Position numbers and translations under genes: made by a program
Notes under the pieces: generated by a model
Databases searched by the model: none
What the model saw: the letters and a program-made list of their open reading frames with translations, nothing else
What the model was told of the DNA's origin: nothing
Part shown: positions 1-14,091 of the stretch, piece after piece
Layout: each line of letters begins with the position of its first letter
Numbering within the stretch: position 1 is the first letter of the stretch
Source of the DNA: Parasitella parasitica NRRL 2501
Taxonomy: Eukaryota; Fungi; Mucoromycota
Length of the DNA stretch: 64,000 bases
Assembly: GCA_025201805.1 (NCBI GenBank)
Contig: MU619263.1
Coordinates: forward strand, 55,804-119,803
Direction of reading: 5' to 3'

Positions 1-691
1 ACCCTTCAGCGTTTGATAGTTGTTTAATTCTTGGCATTTGCTTGCGATCTTGATCCATTGGTTAATATGCTGAGCCCTAACAGATGCTTCTTGCGGCAGT
101 AAAATGGAATGCTCAATCATGCGAGTTACATAGTTGAAGAAATCCGATGATGCCACTACTCGAGGATGAGGTGTTTTCGGAGCGTGAGAGAGTAGCGCTT
201 GTGGTGGGATTGCTAGAAAGATGGCAGACTCGATTCTTGTCAGCTGATATGCGACCAGTCCCGGTTCAAAGTAAAGGATTGTAGGGATGGTGGCGGCACA
301 CATATATAAAGTTCGTACACGATTCAGGGTGTGCTTGGCTTCCGCAACATAGGGGTTGTATTGAGAAATAGCAGCATTCAACTTTTCTTCGTTTTCTTTG
401 TCGTAGCTGTTGTCGCTACTCATTCGTCTTTTCTGTGCACGGAGATCTTTCAATGCTAGTTCAAGCTCGTCCAGCTTTACCTGTAATACAGCGTGTGTCG
501 TGAGAAGAGGGGGTATAGGGACAAGAGGAATATGGCCTCCCACAATGCCTGAACTGTTTGGTGGAGTCAAGCTGTCACTGTTGTTTGTTTGTGCTGGAAC
601 AAGGTTTAAAGCATCAATTTCACCATCAGGCACGGCTTCATTGTGGTTGGTTGAAATAATTTGGTATGAGTTGGATCGGGTATGTTGATGC

Positions 692-726
<35 letters not shown>

Positions 727-968
727 GGTGTCATTGCCTATTCCGAGAGAAAAGACATTCATTGTTAGTTGACATCTTTTTTTTTTCAAACTTTTTTCTT
801 ACCACTGCCCGGTAAAGTTCGTTTCACTGGGGGAATCGGAGGGATTGCTTTGGTTAGACAAGCGGTGGATGGTTTGGGTGGCAAGACCGGCTTGCTCACA
901 TGAGACGGTTTAGGTGGAAGTGGAGGAGGTGCGATTTTATTTGCGGCAGTAGGTGAGTGATGATCCAT
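1..968 (-). CDS. RasGEF (CDC25-type guanine nucleotide exchange factor), 5' part; 3' end runs off the window
   Basis: ATG at 968 (MDHHSPT..., Pro-rich PPPLPPKP). Intron 738-802 (GTAAG...CTAAC...TAG). Exon 2 has polyQ then LVAYQLTRIESAIFLAIPPQ...FFNYVTRMIEHSIL...RAQHINQWIKIASKCQELNNYQTLK, the RasGEF catalytic-domain pattern. Confidence 0.85.
692..724. repeat. (TGT)n microsatellite encoding polyQ in the RasGEF
   Basis: Direct reading of the sequence; CAA codons on the minus strand. Confidence 0.9.
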
Positions 969-2351
969 AATCTTTTCAACATGGTCAATACATGAACGCA
1001 GTATCGATAATAACACTGCTGTGTTTTGTGGTTTTGAAACAATCGCTGTGTTAGCAAAACTGGGTTAGCGCCAAATGTTACTGATGCGTATTAATGATAC
1101 TAACAGCAATGAACAAATTTCACGTCAAATAGTGGCTTTATAGCGTACTGAGCCGTAGCCAAAAATGCATTGTACGCATCCTATAATAGAGAAATCAGTA
1201 ATGTTGCCCCGCATCCAAGATGCCTGCTGAAGACCTTACTTTTATTTGACCATTCTCAAATTGCTCAAATCCCAAATCTAAAGAAGACTGTGGGTCATGC
1301 ATGTGTAAATCAATTGCGAAGGTTTTGCTGTGATGGTGTAAATAGTGTAGGAATCAGGTTGTCCAGCAACAAGGTATCGAAAGAATGCAGAAAAAGACAA
1401 ACAAGAAGAAAAAGAAAGGAAAGAAATGGAAGGATGTCTTGACAATAATAAGAATAAAGGTGCCAGATCCTGGTTACCATGATTGGGTCTTTATTAAATC
1501 CTCTTTGAGGCTCCGAACAGATTAAACAATTTGTTTACTGCTATCAGATTTGTGTTGCGTATCAGACTTCCCCCCTCATTGTTTGCTCATTCAAAGAACA
1601 CTTAACAAGCCTTTTTCACTCCTATAAAACAGTTGATAACGTTTTCGATCGCATGATAATTAGTACACTTTATTTTTATTTTTATATATGCCAGCTTGTT
1701 CTTAATCTTTCTCAAGGATTCGGAAGCCCCTTGATTTCATTCTTTGGTACCACGTCAAATATAATGTTATATTTTGTGCGCAAAATAAACAATGCTTATG
1801 CTGCCGAATGGCTTTCCAAATATTTCAATTTTGCTGATTTTTAATCATGGGTATTAGTTAGTCAAATAGGTAGTGCAAAGACTATATGATTCAAATGTAA
1901 AGCTTTTTTTTTTTTTTTTTTTTTTTGCAAGAGCTCAGATAGAATCTCGTGTGTGTGTACCATTTGACCAAACCATATGTTGACTATTATTATAAGCCGA
2001 AACCATGGTTTTTAGACGTATACAGAAACTAATAAGGGGTGATGATATCTTAAATTAACAGCAACATGTTATCAATATAAATAAAAGCGAAACATTTCGT
2101 ATTGAGCTGACAATCATCGACTGCACTTTTATTTTATAGCTAAAGAATACATCAAGCATGCAAAAATGCATACATATATGATTATTGACATGCCTAAATC
2201 GAATATCATTAACCTGCTCTTGCCTTATTCGAGGACCATTTTAATGGATTTATTTAGCTCTACACAATATAGACTCAATAATTTGAATCATAATACCTTC
2301 ACTGTATGCCCCCCCCCCCTTTAATCAATGTATCTCATCCGTTTCTCTCTG

Positions 2352-2382
<31 letters not shown>

Positions 2383-2859
2383 AAAATTCAAATGCTATGT
2401 TGACAACCTAATAATAGTGCACATTGCAGTTGCATATCTTAATCATATACCGTATTTTGCGACGATATACTTGGTCAAATCAAAACCTCAAGTACATATT
2501 TTTAAAGTTAAAAGATAAAATCATTTCAATTGCGATTTTGAATAACTATGTTCAATGCATTCCAGTAAATTTTTCAAGTGCTGAGCAGAGGACAAAGTCA
2601 TCAGTCAATCAAACCAATCAAATCGACTAGACACACACACACACAGAATTCTAAATTACGTGAAAGTCTTTAATATACCATGGCATGATTTCAAATGATT
2701 GTCATTTCCAAAATTTTACCTTATCTGCTAATGAATAAGGCTCTTTCTTTCAGTGTTGTGCTCAACCAATGGTTAGTCGTAGTTGCCTATCTATTGAGGT
2801 CTTGGTAATTAGCCCAGTTTTATTCATATATAAAGATTCATCCGACGCAGACACAGTAA

Positions 2860-4560
2860 AAAAAGTGTGTGGTGGCAGTCAAAACCACCGTGGAGTCCAC
2901 ATGGTAGCCAAATCATACACAAGCTTTGTATGAGCTACTGAACATAACCAACACACTAGTAACACACAGATTCCTTTTCAAAAGCGCTTGTTCCTGAAGG
3001 AATCAGAAAAAGACTTTAATTTTGACTTGAGCGACTACATAAGAAAAGAGTTTATTGTAGATGTCTTCTTCAGCCTCATCGTTAGAAACAATAGACCTCG
3101 AAGTCTTCTGGGTAGAACCTCGAACTTTAGATCGTTGACTTTAAAACGTAGAGCCCTATTGTAGAAGTGCAAGCTATACATCAATCACGGCAGTAAATGC
3201 TTAGCACAAAAATCCAAACCGCATACGTTATCAATATCAAGGCTCATTTTGGGAATAGACAAAGCGCTATTCTTAACAAGCTTTACAAGACCAAGGAACT
3301 GGCTACCGAACTAAGTGAAAATTCGAAGAAAAAAGGTGCAGACAAAAAAGCCTTGAACAAGGCTTTTAGGGAAAAAGTGTACAATCCTTGTAACCGAGTG
3401 AAAAGCGCCGTTGAAAAGAAGGAGATTCCAGACGCTACTATCTTAGACACTTCTGCAAGAGCAAAGGTCAAAGCCATACTACAGTCATACCCAACAACTA
3501 CAACTTAGAAAAGGACTCCATATTTTACAACGTAAAATCCAATCCCCAATACCACTACAAGGCATTTATGAAAATAGCTGAACTCTGCGGTTCAGAGGGG
3601 TTGTGCCAATTTTCTTGTTATCCTTTATGAACCACGTTCATTCCTTGTTATATGATTTTCGACTACCAAGATTATTCATTGTAAAATCCTAAAGAACAAG
3701 GCAGCACCAAAAATTGGCGACAATTCTTAAACCTGGGGCTCTATAGCCGATACAAACAGCAAGACTTTCAACAAACAAAGCATAAGCAAGTCAATGCGTT
3801 TTGAGGGTACTATCGAGACAGATGGTGCGGGTGTGTCTATAATCAAGCAAAACGCGCCTACAAATAGAAAAGCGCCACAATCCAAGAGACAAAGCGTGAG
3901 GATTCTGAAGATATTGTAAGATACATGGAAATTCTGACTCGGGAAGAGTTAAATGAAACCAAGAGTAAGTGTGTCTTGGTGGATCCCGGAAGATGCAACC
4001 CAGTTTACTGTATAAAAGAGACAAGCACTGCGCAGAATAAGCTGGTCATGACTTACACAATGATAACTAGAACAAAGCCTTCGAGGCATTTCGGAATTCT
4101 ACAAAGAAGATCAAGCCTGCCTTTGTCCAGTCATCAGAAGCAAAAATTCGCAAAGACCAGGTCATCCTCTATCAAGATTGAAGAATACAAAATGAATATC
4201 AAGACGAGAGCTTCCGGTTGAAAAGTATCTGCTCATATTATGGAAATGAAACATTGATACTTGAGGCATTTATTCGTTGCAAGGATCAAGGGAGGCACTT
4301 CCCTCAGCCCGGCCAATCTACTGATTTTGATATGTACGCTACTTACCTGGATCTGATGATTAATCAGAGTCATATATTAGAAAGTTTGGATGAAGATGAA
4401 AAGGCAAAGTTACTTGAGATTGTAGCAAAAATGACCAAGGAAAATAGGGATCAAAGCAGCAGGCAAGCCAAACGTTACGAAAGCTACAAGCTTTGCCGTT
4501 TCGCAAAGTGAAGTTCTCTTCCCAAATATATCGAACAAAGAGAGACGCATGCTTGACATA
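2860..4560 (+). pseudogene. Degenerate, 3'-truncated Fanzor1 (eukaryotic TnpB-like RuvC nuclease) transposon gene
   Basis: Frameshifted/stop-ridden frames join to give VAVKTTVESTW*..ALYELLNITNTLVTH..F..K..FLKE...NFDL (N-terminus), KIQTAYVINIKAHFGN, TTFIPCYM, MRFEGTIETDGAGVSIIKQN (from 3794), KCVLVDPGR (RuvC-I Asp codon 3982-3984), YYGNET..YATYLDLMINQSHI, KLQALPFRKVKFSSQIY. This order matches Mucorales Fanzor1 proteins as I know them. RuvC-II/Zn-finger/RuvC-III not seen. Ends approximate. Confidence 0.8.
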
Positions 4561-5300
4561 TTTTTCTCAACTTCATATCTCAAAAGAAATCCCTTGTTTA
4601 AAGATTATTTCACATCATGACAACATATTTAGTCGAAGAAGCAAATAACGCAGCTGTTCTAAATAAATCGAATGTACCATATTTTGTGTCGCATCGCAAT
4701 CTCAACTGATTAGGATAAAATATTGTATTTTGCATTAATTCATGGTTTTCAAACGTTGATAACTACTGATGTAATCAATACATTGACCAAGTTATCGCAA
4801 GCTATTCCGCATAAAACAACTATGGTAGACGTAAAGCATATACGGTATCGAGCATTATATTGCCCTTTTATGCGATTAGAATCATAAAAAAAAAGATGTT
4901 TTTTTCTTTAGATTTTGTTTTGAAATATACACACCATGTGAATAGTTTCTGACCTGAAATACGTTGTTTCCATCACATCAATAGGACATTTTATCCTATA
5001 CCAAAATTTATTATGCCATATAGAACAATAGAATCTATAGAAAAGGGGAAACTGTTGCACTACACTAAGAAAAAAAGGAGGAGACTGATCTAATAGGCTA
5101 TTGTTGTTACTCCAATTGATGTTTTTGCATGCTTGTCATAGCTATAAAAACCTTGGTAAGATCACCAACTTCCTAAATTAGCTTTCACATTCAGAAAAAG
5201 TGGCCGTGTGCGTAAAAACCAAAATGCATATATATATGAGGTAGTTATATTCACTTTCTTTATTGTATATTAGCATATACAGCTTCTTTTATTTGAAAAT

Positions 5301-7003
5301 ATGGATGAGAAAGAAGAGATCAAGTACATAGAGCTTACCAATGAAAAGAATCAGCAACTCCATGCCAATTTCGCTGAAAACGATAGCAGTAATGAACCTA
5401 AATTGGTCAAATCCCCTGAAGAAGTTGTCTTTCTTCGCAAGTTGAATTGGACTCTTTTACCATTAATTTTCCTTATAATTTTCATTCAAGTATACATATT
5501 TAATTATCCCAGAAAACTGAATTACTGCTAATCTATCTGTATAGTTTTGCGATAAATCTGCATTGACGGTGGCCGCAGTTTTGGGCATAATTGAAGACAC
5601 TGGCATGAGTGGCAGTCAATACAGTTGGTTAGGCTCCATCTTTTATCTAGGTTATTTGGTTTGTCAGGTACAAAATCTTTTTAGTTTTGAAAAAAGCTGC
5701 GACACATTAATTGTATTCATATTGTCAGGTACCAAATAACTACTTGATCCAAAGACTCCCAATTGGCCGATATCTGGGCTGTGTATTGATCATCTGGGGT
5801 TGTGTGATGGGTGCTACTGGTGCCTGTAATACTTTTGGCGAGTTGCTTGCACTGAGATTCTTACTTGGTCTTTTTGAAGGTGTCACTTATCCTTGCATCT
5901 ATATCTTACTGAATACTTTGTATCGTAAATCTGAGCAATCCAGATGCTGGGGATTTGTTCATGTAGGTACAGGCATGGGCACAGTCTTGGGAGTTGTCAT
6001 TGCATACGGCCTTGCACATTTAGATGGTGTTCGTGGCCTTCGAGGCTGGCGTTGGTAACTAATTTGTTTGATAACCATCCCAAATTTTTTTACTCACTCT
6101 ATTCATGTAGGGGCTATATTGTCTTTGGTATTGCTACTGTCGTTATTGGCGCACTCACCTTTTTCTTCCTGGTAGATGACACTCATCATAAACTTTTAAG
6201 ACTTACTGAAAAAGAAAAAGAGATTGTGGAAGAAAGATCAAAAGACAATTGCGTTGTCAGAAACAAAGAGATCAAAAGAGATCAAATGTGGGAAGCTGTT
6301 AAAGAACCTCGTCTATGGATCTTGTTTCTAGTCTTTTTGCTGAATAGTCTACAAAATGGCGGTCTGATTACGTTCAGCACACTGCTGGTCAAAGGCCTGG
6401 GTTTCTCTGTGAGTTTATAAACATCTCAGAGTAACACACAAAATATCCGATACTAACATCCTCCAGTCGCTTAATTCTATTATTCTTCAAATACCCAATG
6501 GTGCTGCAGGGGCCATCTTTGCTATGGTTTCCGTAATGATTGCTCACAAGGTCCAACGAAATACATTTATAGCCATCGGCACAGCGATCATCTCATTGTT
6601 GGGCTGCATTTTGCTAGCCGTTGTTCCTGGTACACCTAAGCTGGTTGGTCTCTATCTCAGTTGGGCAATGACAGGCACTGGTTCCCTTGCTTTGACTCTT
6701 GTTACTAACAATGTGTCTGGTTACACTAAAAAGGTCTTTTATAATGCAGTTCTAATTGTAGGACAAACCTTTGGCAACTTTATTGGCCCTCTCCTCATGG
6801 TAGAGCACCAAGCGCCAACCTATTCAGGCGGTATTATTGCTTTTTGCCTTGCCAATGCTGTCATAGTTGTTCTGCTAATTACCCTTTATATTATGATGAA
6901 GAGAGAAAATAAGCGTCGCCTTGCCAATCCTTCAGATACCAAGACAGATGTTTATTTGGATTTGACGGATAATCAAGATAAAAACTTTATATATAAATTA
7001 TGA
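5301..7003 (+). CDS. MFS transporter, anion:cation symporter family (Dal5/allantoate permease-like), multi-exon
   Basis: RKLNWTLLP, DKSAL..AAVLGI, QYSWLGSIFYLGY, LRFLLGLFEG, LRGWRW, NNVSGYTKK and C-terminal DLTD.QDKNFIYKL; short GT-AG introns link the ORF fragments. Confidence 0.9.
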
Positions 7004-7572
7004 TCTCAAGAGTCTATAAATCTCTTTAACAAAAATTGTGAATTTCTCCAAATAAAGAATCGAACGAGTATGGATGGCAGAATTTTGTTACTAATCTTAT
7101 CAAACAAAATATTTTTTTGTTGTACCGTAGAGGCTTTCTCTGAGATACTACTCTACGGTTAGTATCCAAGATATGAGGTTTAGTTGCCCAAAAATGAGTC
7201 TATTCAAGAGCAAATTACTAGCTAGGTGCGACATCTAATAATGCACAGAATTAATTTTATTATATTTTGAAAGATATTAATGAAAAAGCATCTCATAAAG
7301 AGGGCTAGCATGAAGAAAGGTGAAATGAAATCAAGTCTTTCGAGTAGATCCAACCATTGAGTTTTGTTTGAATCAAATAAATCTGCAAATTACACCACCA
7401 ACTATGTTCTTAATCTGTGCTGTGCAATGCTCATTTGCGCCATGTTATCATGTTACACCCGGGCCGGGACTGGACACTAGAACAAATGTAATAAAATCTC
7501 AATGCGGCCCCTTCAAACCAGCGTCGCTTCTTTTCATCTACCTACTTTTCACTTCACCAACACATCAGCACC

Positions 7573-8586
7573 ATGACGTCTGTAGCAGATATTTTTGAAG
7601 ATTATGTAGAAAGTAAGAGCCATTATTATCAGCAAGTTTATGAAAACCAATCGAGTAATATTAGGTTTACAAAATTTGCCGTCAGAGATTGATCAAAATA
7701 TGCACGAGTTACGTAGTATGGACGAAGAATTTCAACGTATTGTGTACATGTGTAGATGAGTTAAACGGGTTATTTTGAAACTGAAAAGACGTTTTCAATG
7801 ATAGGGTTCAGGGAAATCTACTCAAAGCACCGACGTTCATACGCAAAACTATGTAGAGCTGCCAGCAACACCTCGGCCTCAACTGCTGCTTCTCCAACAA
7901 CCCCTACTCCTACTACGAGTTTAAGCTCTGCTCGTCTGCAACTAGAAAAAGACTATAAATTGGCTGTACAAAAGCAAGACCAAAAAATTAATTTAACCAA
8001 ACGAATGTATGATTTAGTTACTCGACATATTGAACGCATCGATTCTCAAATGGCCAAAAGCGATATCAGTGATATGGAATGGATGGGAGGAGCAACCAGA
8101 AAGAACTTGGCAGAAGATACAAGCTGGATATTTGATCGTAAAAGACCTTCTCCTCAGGGAGCCATTTCTGTTAGAAAGAGGTTTGTATATGCAATTGAGA
8201 GTCATGGCTAAATTTCGATAAATTGAATTGCTTGTAATTCTACTATAGTAGAACCCTCCATTCGTCCAGACCAAATCCAGCAATAGAGCAAAATGGAGCA
8301 CTTCCAGAAATTGATATTGATCCAAATGAACCAAAATACTGCTACTGCAACCAGGTCTCATTTGGGGATATGGTCGCTTGTGATGGAGATAACGTAAAAC
8401 TTACGAATGCGTACATTTTTATGCCATATGCTGACATTTTTGTGTTTATAGTGTGAAAAAGAATGGTTTCATTACCCCTGTGTTGGATTAGCTGAACCAC
8501 CAGTTGGAAAATGGTATTGCGATGATTGTTCAGCAGAAGAAGGATACAGGAAGAAACTGAAGCGTTTCACTGAAGAAATGTTCTGA
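7573..8586 (+). CDS. ING-family PHD-finger chromatin protein (Yng2/ING3-5-like)
   Basis: [39 protein letters not shown]-terminal domain; C-terminal [52 protein letters not shown]; 4 introns. Confidence 0.9.
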
Positions 8587-8694
8587 GTAAAGAATACCCC
8601 CCCCCTCTCTCTCTCAATATATATCTATTGACAATTTTGTATATATATTATATATCATAATAAAAAACAAATCTAAATATTCTATTGTAAACCT

Positions 8695-10469
8695 CTACTG
8701 CTTGTTTTTCCCATTTTTATCTTGGTCTTGATCCTTTTTCTTGTTTTTTTCATCCTCATCATGGCAGATTTTGCCCTTGATTTTGCCAAATGCATTTTTA
8801 AAAAAACCACCTCCACCTTCTCCCTCTTTCATATCCTTTTTACTGTCATTATCAGGTTCATTTTCAGTTGATGGGGATGGTGGTGGTGTATCAGGTGCAA
8901 CGCGAATCGGAGGTTCTTGTTTTGGTCGATAGTCTTGATCAACTAATGCTGCATATTCTTGGATGATTTCCTTTTGCTTCCCCTTTAATGACCTAGGGAA
9001 CTCTACCTTGAGCGTGACGATTTGATCGCCTCGAGCTGAAGTACCGAGTCTTTGAATACCTCGACCTCTTAGAGCAATGTTGTCGCCTGGTTGTGCTCCC
9101 GAGGGAACCTTCACATCAACATCTCCATCGACGGTAGGAATACGAATACGGCCTCCCAGCATGGCTTTGTAGAAAGGAATCTTTGCATCAACAAAAATAT
9201 CTGAATCTTGTCTGCGGAATGTTTTGGATGCTTGAATATTCAATGTGACGAATAAATCGCCACTAGGGCCTTGTCCCTTCAAAGGCGCATCGCCCTCGCC
9301 ACGGATTTGAATTCTGGAGTTCTGATCTAGACCTGGAGGTACTTCGACTTTAACTGTCTTTCGCTCTCTTACTCGGCCCATGCTATTACAAGATGCACAG
9401 CCACAGCCAGGAGGGATGGATGATCCAGCACCGCCGCATGTTTGACAGGCAGTTTGCATATGGTAGCCGCCCATCATGATGGTTTGCACACCAGAACCAT
9501 GACATGTTTGACAAGTCTGCTTCTTTTTCCCTTCCCCTAAACCACTGCCGTGACATGTATCGCAGGTTGACACTTTATTGACTTGCACAAATTTAGTTGC
9601 ACCTTTTACAGCTTCCATAAACGTCAATGTCAGCGGTATTTGCAAATCGTCCCCAGGCGTAGGTCTATTATGGAAAGGATCTGCACCACCACCAGCTCTG
9701 CCTCCAAATCCGCCACCAAAGAATTGACTAAAGATGTCATTAGGGTCGAATCCACCAGGAAATCCACTTCCACCGCCTCCAAATCCGCCGTAGGGATTGC
9801 CTCCTCCCGGCGCACCGCCTTCAAATCCATGGCCAAACTGATCATACTGCTGGCGCTTTTGCTCATCTGATAAAATTTCGTATGCTTCTTGAATTTGGAC
9901 AAACTTTTCGCGGGCGTCTTTGTCTTTATTTGTATCAGGGTGGTATTTCTTTGCCAGCTAAATCATGATGTGTTAGTAAAATTATGCATGAATAGATATG
10001 CGATGCAAATAGTTACGCCGTAGTAAGCCTTCTTGATCTCACTTGCAGTTGAGCTCTTCTTGACGCCCAAAACATCGTAAGGATCCTTCTTTGCCGCTGC
10101 TGTAGGTGCTATTACGATCCCAAAGAATTAACTTACATTGACATACCCTGGTATGGCATTCTTATTGTGTTACCTGTTGCGTGAATACATCTCTAAAATA
10201 CAGCGTTAAGGTCTGTCTTCATTTTCGACTGAAATTGTGTCATTTACCTTTTGATAAACGTGGTTGACACCGCCTCCTAAAGCAACATGTCCGTCTAATT
10301 ATTGGTATTAAAATTATGCTTCATGACCATTCACTGTGCCTTATGTACCTCTTCTGATAGTGCTTATCAAGCGCTTCGTCAATGGCTTGCTGGCAAATCG
10401 CTGCTTTGGCTTCAAAGCTTTTGATATGGTAAAAAATGTAGCTCTACCTATATTAAAAGTCGAAGCCAT
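8695..10469 (-). CDS. MDJ1: Mitochondrial class I DnaJ/Hsp40 co-chaperone
   Basis: Basic presequence-like N-terminus, J-domain KDPYDVLGV...YHPD, G/F-rich linker, CxxCxGxG zinc-finger repeats, DnaJ C-terminal domain; 4 short introns in the 5' part. Confidence 0.9.
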
Positions 10470-10621
10470 AATGAAGGAATAGGGTGAAGAAAGAGAAAAA
10501 ATTTCGGAGAAACAAGCTCTAGAAACAGGGGAGCTAAATATAATGTCTTAGCAGACTCTGAAGCACAAAAAAAAACAAGGAGCAAACGACATCGGGATTT
10601 ATTTAACATAAAAGACAAAAT

Positions 10622-13283
10622 TTAATGATTACTCTGAACAAACTGATTACTACTGTCGTCGTCAGTATCAGACTCTGACAGCTCATTTTCATCCAGTTCA
10701 GTCAATGGCTGAAGAACGTCAAATTCGTATCCTCCCGGTCCAAGCTGTCTGTCTTGGGTTGTCATGGTGACAGGTGGTTTCCATCCTTGGCGCTTGTAGA
10801 GATAGAGCCCTGTTGCTACTCCAAGAATAGCAAATGATCCCACAACACTATACACTGTCGTCAAATAGCTATGGTCGTCTTTTGATTGCCCGGCTTCGGT
10901 CTCGACTTGGTCGTTTTCTTTGGCAGCGGTTTCAGTATCAGTTGCTGTAGCAGCAGGCGACTTGGGCTTGGGAGATTTACTGCTTTTGATACGAGTTGGT
11001 CTTGATGGAGTATCGTCCAACGGTGTGGTAATCGGCTTTATAGTGGAGGAAGTAGGCGTGATGGGGACTTCGTGTTCATTGTCGTCATGAAAGCCGATGG
11101 TCGAATGGATAGGTGTTCCCTCAAATGCCGGATCTTGCTCTCCAAATAATGTCAATGTCCAATTCAACATGAAGCCCCTTGATTCCGGACTATCAACATC
11201 ATAGACGTTGAGTGTCCAATTCCCAACAGGGTTCTCTTCCCTATGATAGATGTCAATGCCAAAAAAAAAAAAGTGCTTGCATCCTTTATCTCTCGCTTAC
11301 CAATGCTTCACCGTCATAAATTTCCAGTTTTTCATACCCCCTTCATGTGTATCCAAATTGCGTCTAGTTGCCAATTCCGACTTGACGTGATTAGGACTCT
11401 CCAGGTCAATGACAATATTGCCACGTCTCTCATGTTCAATGTTTACGGTTGCTGTAATGTGCTCCAATCGAAGCAGACCGGCTGCCTTGATCATCTCCTC
11501 AGTGACCAAAACCGTATTTTTCAAGGCTCTTCTAGTTTTTAGGCCCGTAGAATCAGGAATTGCTCTCTTTTTCACTGGGCTGGGCAGTTCTAGCCATGTT
11601 TGTTGGTTTACCAGTTCGAACGTCTTTGCTGCTTCGACCAATGCATAAGCATCCAGTTTACCATATCCAAATCTATGGTTGTATAGTCTTCCGGAAGGCA
11701 GTTTTTTCCAGTCGCTGTCGTTTGTATTAACAGGCACTGCTGTTTGAACACACAGGTGTTGTAAATCTCGCCAGGTTAATTCAGGTCGAACAGATAATAC
11801 CAGCGCAAAAATACCAACTGCGTTGGGTGCAGCAGCCGATGTGCCACCGTGTCGATCAGAACAGCTGTTTTCGCCCACATCTGTGGTGTGCTGTTTGTTT
11901 GTTTATAACATCACAAAAAAAAAAGGGGAGGGGGAGGAGGAGGATTAATTAAAGTTTACAACGAAATGTCTTCCAAACTTACAATAAATTGGCCACCACC
12001 ACTCGAATAAGTTACTACCAGTTGAGCCGAGCAGCTCTCAGAGTAAGGAGGATGTTCATTTCTATGGTCAATGGCTCCCACAGTGATCGTATAGATGCTG
12101 TTGGTATATCCATCAAAATTGCAGTTATCACCAGACACTGCACCATTACCTGTGGCAAATACATAAATCGATCCTTTCCCCCCTCGGCCCTTTTTGATAC
12201 CGTTGACAAAGGCATCTGCCAAAATACCGTTTGGTGCTTCCATTGTTTGGCCATTGTCTGGCGGTCCCCATGAGCAGGAGAAAATCATGTTCTTTTGATA
12301 CTCATAATTGAGTGCAATCGCTTCATCTGCATCAGTCAAATCGCCTGATAAAATACGTATGCCAGCCACTTTTGCTTCATATGCAATACCCATTCCACAC
12401 ACATCGTTCTTTACAGCAGCTATCTGTCCAGCACACCGAGTTCCATGGCTATCATCCCATAACTTTGGTGTAGGTAAAGACTCATGATCGTTGAAATCGT
12501 AGGAGCCTTCTGCATACTAACAGACGTTCCTAATAAGCATCGGGTTTCCTCGGTTTTTCCTTCGTCGTACTTACAAAATTATCCGCAAGATCTTTACTTT
12601 TGTAATCTAAACCATCATCCAGAATCGCTATATTAATGCCTTTACCAGCGATGCCTAACATTGCCACGAAATATATAAGCTATGGTTGAGAACTCGCGAA
12701 CTGTGAAACCAACCTTGCTTCCAGACTCCTGTTACATTGATATCATTGCCTGGAGTTTCTGTGTTGATCTATATGTATACAAGTTAGGACCATGTATTAC
12801 ACGCAATTAAAGTTTGTCAGTTACCAAATGCCATTGCTGAGGAAACCAGGGATCTGCGATACTTAAGGTCTTTTGTGCGTCGATCAGTTGTTTGTCTGCG
12901 GGTATTGGCCCACGTTTTGAACGTCGTTTTAAGGCCTGTTTTTCTATAGTCTTCACCTTCTGCCAGTGGTGAGAAGTGCCGTCTCGTTTTGCAAGTGAAT
13001 GATACTTGAGTTTATCAAAATTGGCCAATACAGGATCATCTCTCTTCAAGCTTTGAGGAGAACTGACCATGAACCAAGTCTCTAGTTCGCCCACACTTCC
13101 TTCAAACCTCACCTGAAGCTGTTGAGCAATATGCTTTGCTGACTCTAGGCTGCCTTCAGCAGAGGGTATATTCAGTGTATAGTAATCCCGATTAAGGTCT
13201 CTTTTCCCCATATATTTTTGAGCTTGTGCCGGAGTAAAAGTAGCAAACAACGCCACTGCTGTAAGGCTGAAAAGGTGAACCAT
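10622..13283 (-). CDS. KEX2: Kexin-family subtilisin-like proprotein convertase
   Basis: Signal peptide, prodomain ending KRRSKR, catalytic motifs LDDGLD, HGTRCAG, CSWGP, NCNFDGY, HGGTSAAAP, P-domain, S/T-rich linker, TM helix and cytosolic YEFDVL tail. Confidence 0.95.
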
Positions 13284-14091
13284 GATATTACACTCTAATA
13301 TGAAAAAGAAAAAGCCAAGGAAAAAAGGAAGAAAAAGAAAGATAGGGGCAGCTATAAAAAATGAAAACCTTCTTATTAAGGTAAAATCCAGTTTTCGCTA
13401 CTGATTGAGACCCAACAGCGACGCACAATTTATCAATCCGACCATGTACGAAAACAAAATACGCAAATCAAAGAGTTGCTTTAAAATGTGTTAGATCGGA
13501 AAGGCTGTCAACCTAGCCGCTGCTGGTGCAATTGTCAGACAATGTCGCTTGCAATCATTCTCGTGGACAAAAGCAGGCAGACCAACATTTACGTTTCTTT
13601 CGCTCACGGTATGGGAAAACAGAACGACGATCAATTAGGGCAATCTACCTGCGCTTGAAAATAAACATCTTTCATTGTTTGCGTGAAATATGTACATACC
13701 ATGTTCTTCATCATGGCCACCATTTACTTCTAATTAATAAATCACTTGATTGCTCCAAATATTTCTATGATTGCGAAAAGATGCAGCTACACGGTTGTAA
13801 AGTATAGCCGAAAAGAGTACTCTTTTTGATCATCTTTGTATGAAGTGAACACGTATATTACTCATCCAACAAATTTAAGAGATGATAGTACATGGGAAAA
13901 ATAATGCATATATGCAAACGACTCTTTCAAGAAAAGTGAAAAGACCTTTTGTCATCTACTAAGTGTCATGAACTTGTAAATAAAGTAGAACCCGACTAGG
14001 ATGTTTTCTGATACAAAACATTTCATGACTCATTCTATTTATTACCAGAATTACTGGCGACGATTAACCTTAGATCGACCGACCAGGAATG

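Noticed and set aside
1941-2652. Possible MITE bounded by AGAAT...(GT)n / (AC)n...ATTCT
   Set aside because: The apparent TIR is mostly dinucleotide microsatellite and there is no clear TSD.
7124-7159. 9-bp inverted repeat ACCGTAGAG...CTCTACGGT downstream of the MFS gene
   Set aside because: Short, no symmetrical TSD and no supporting context.
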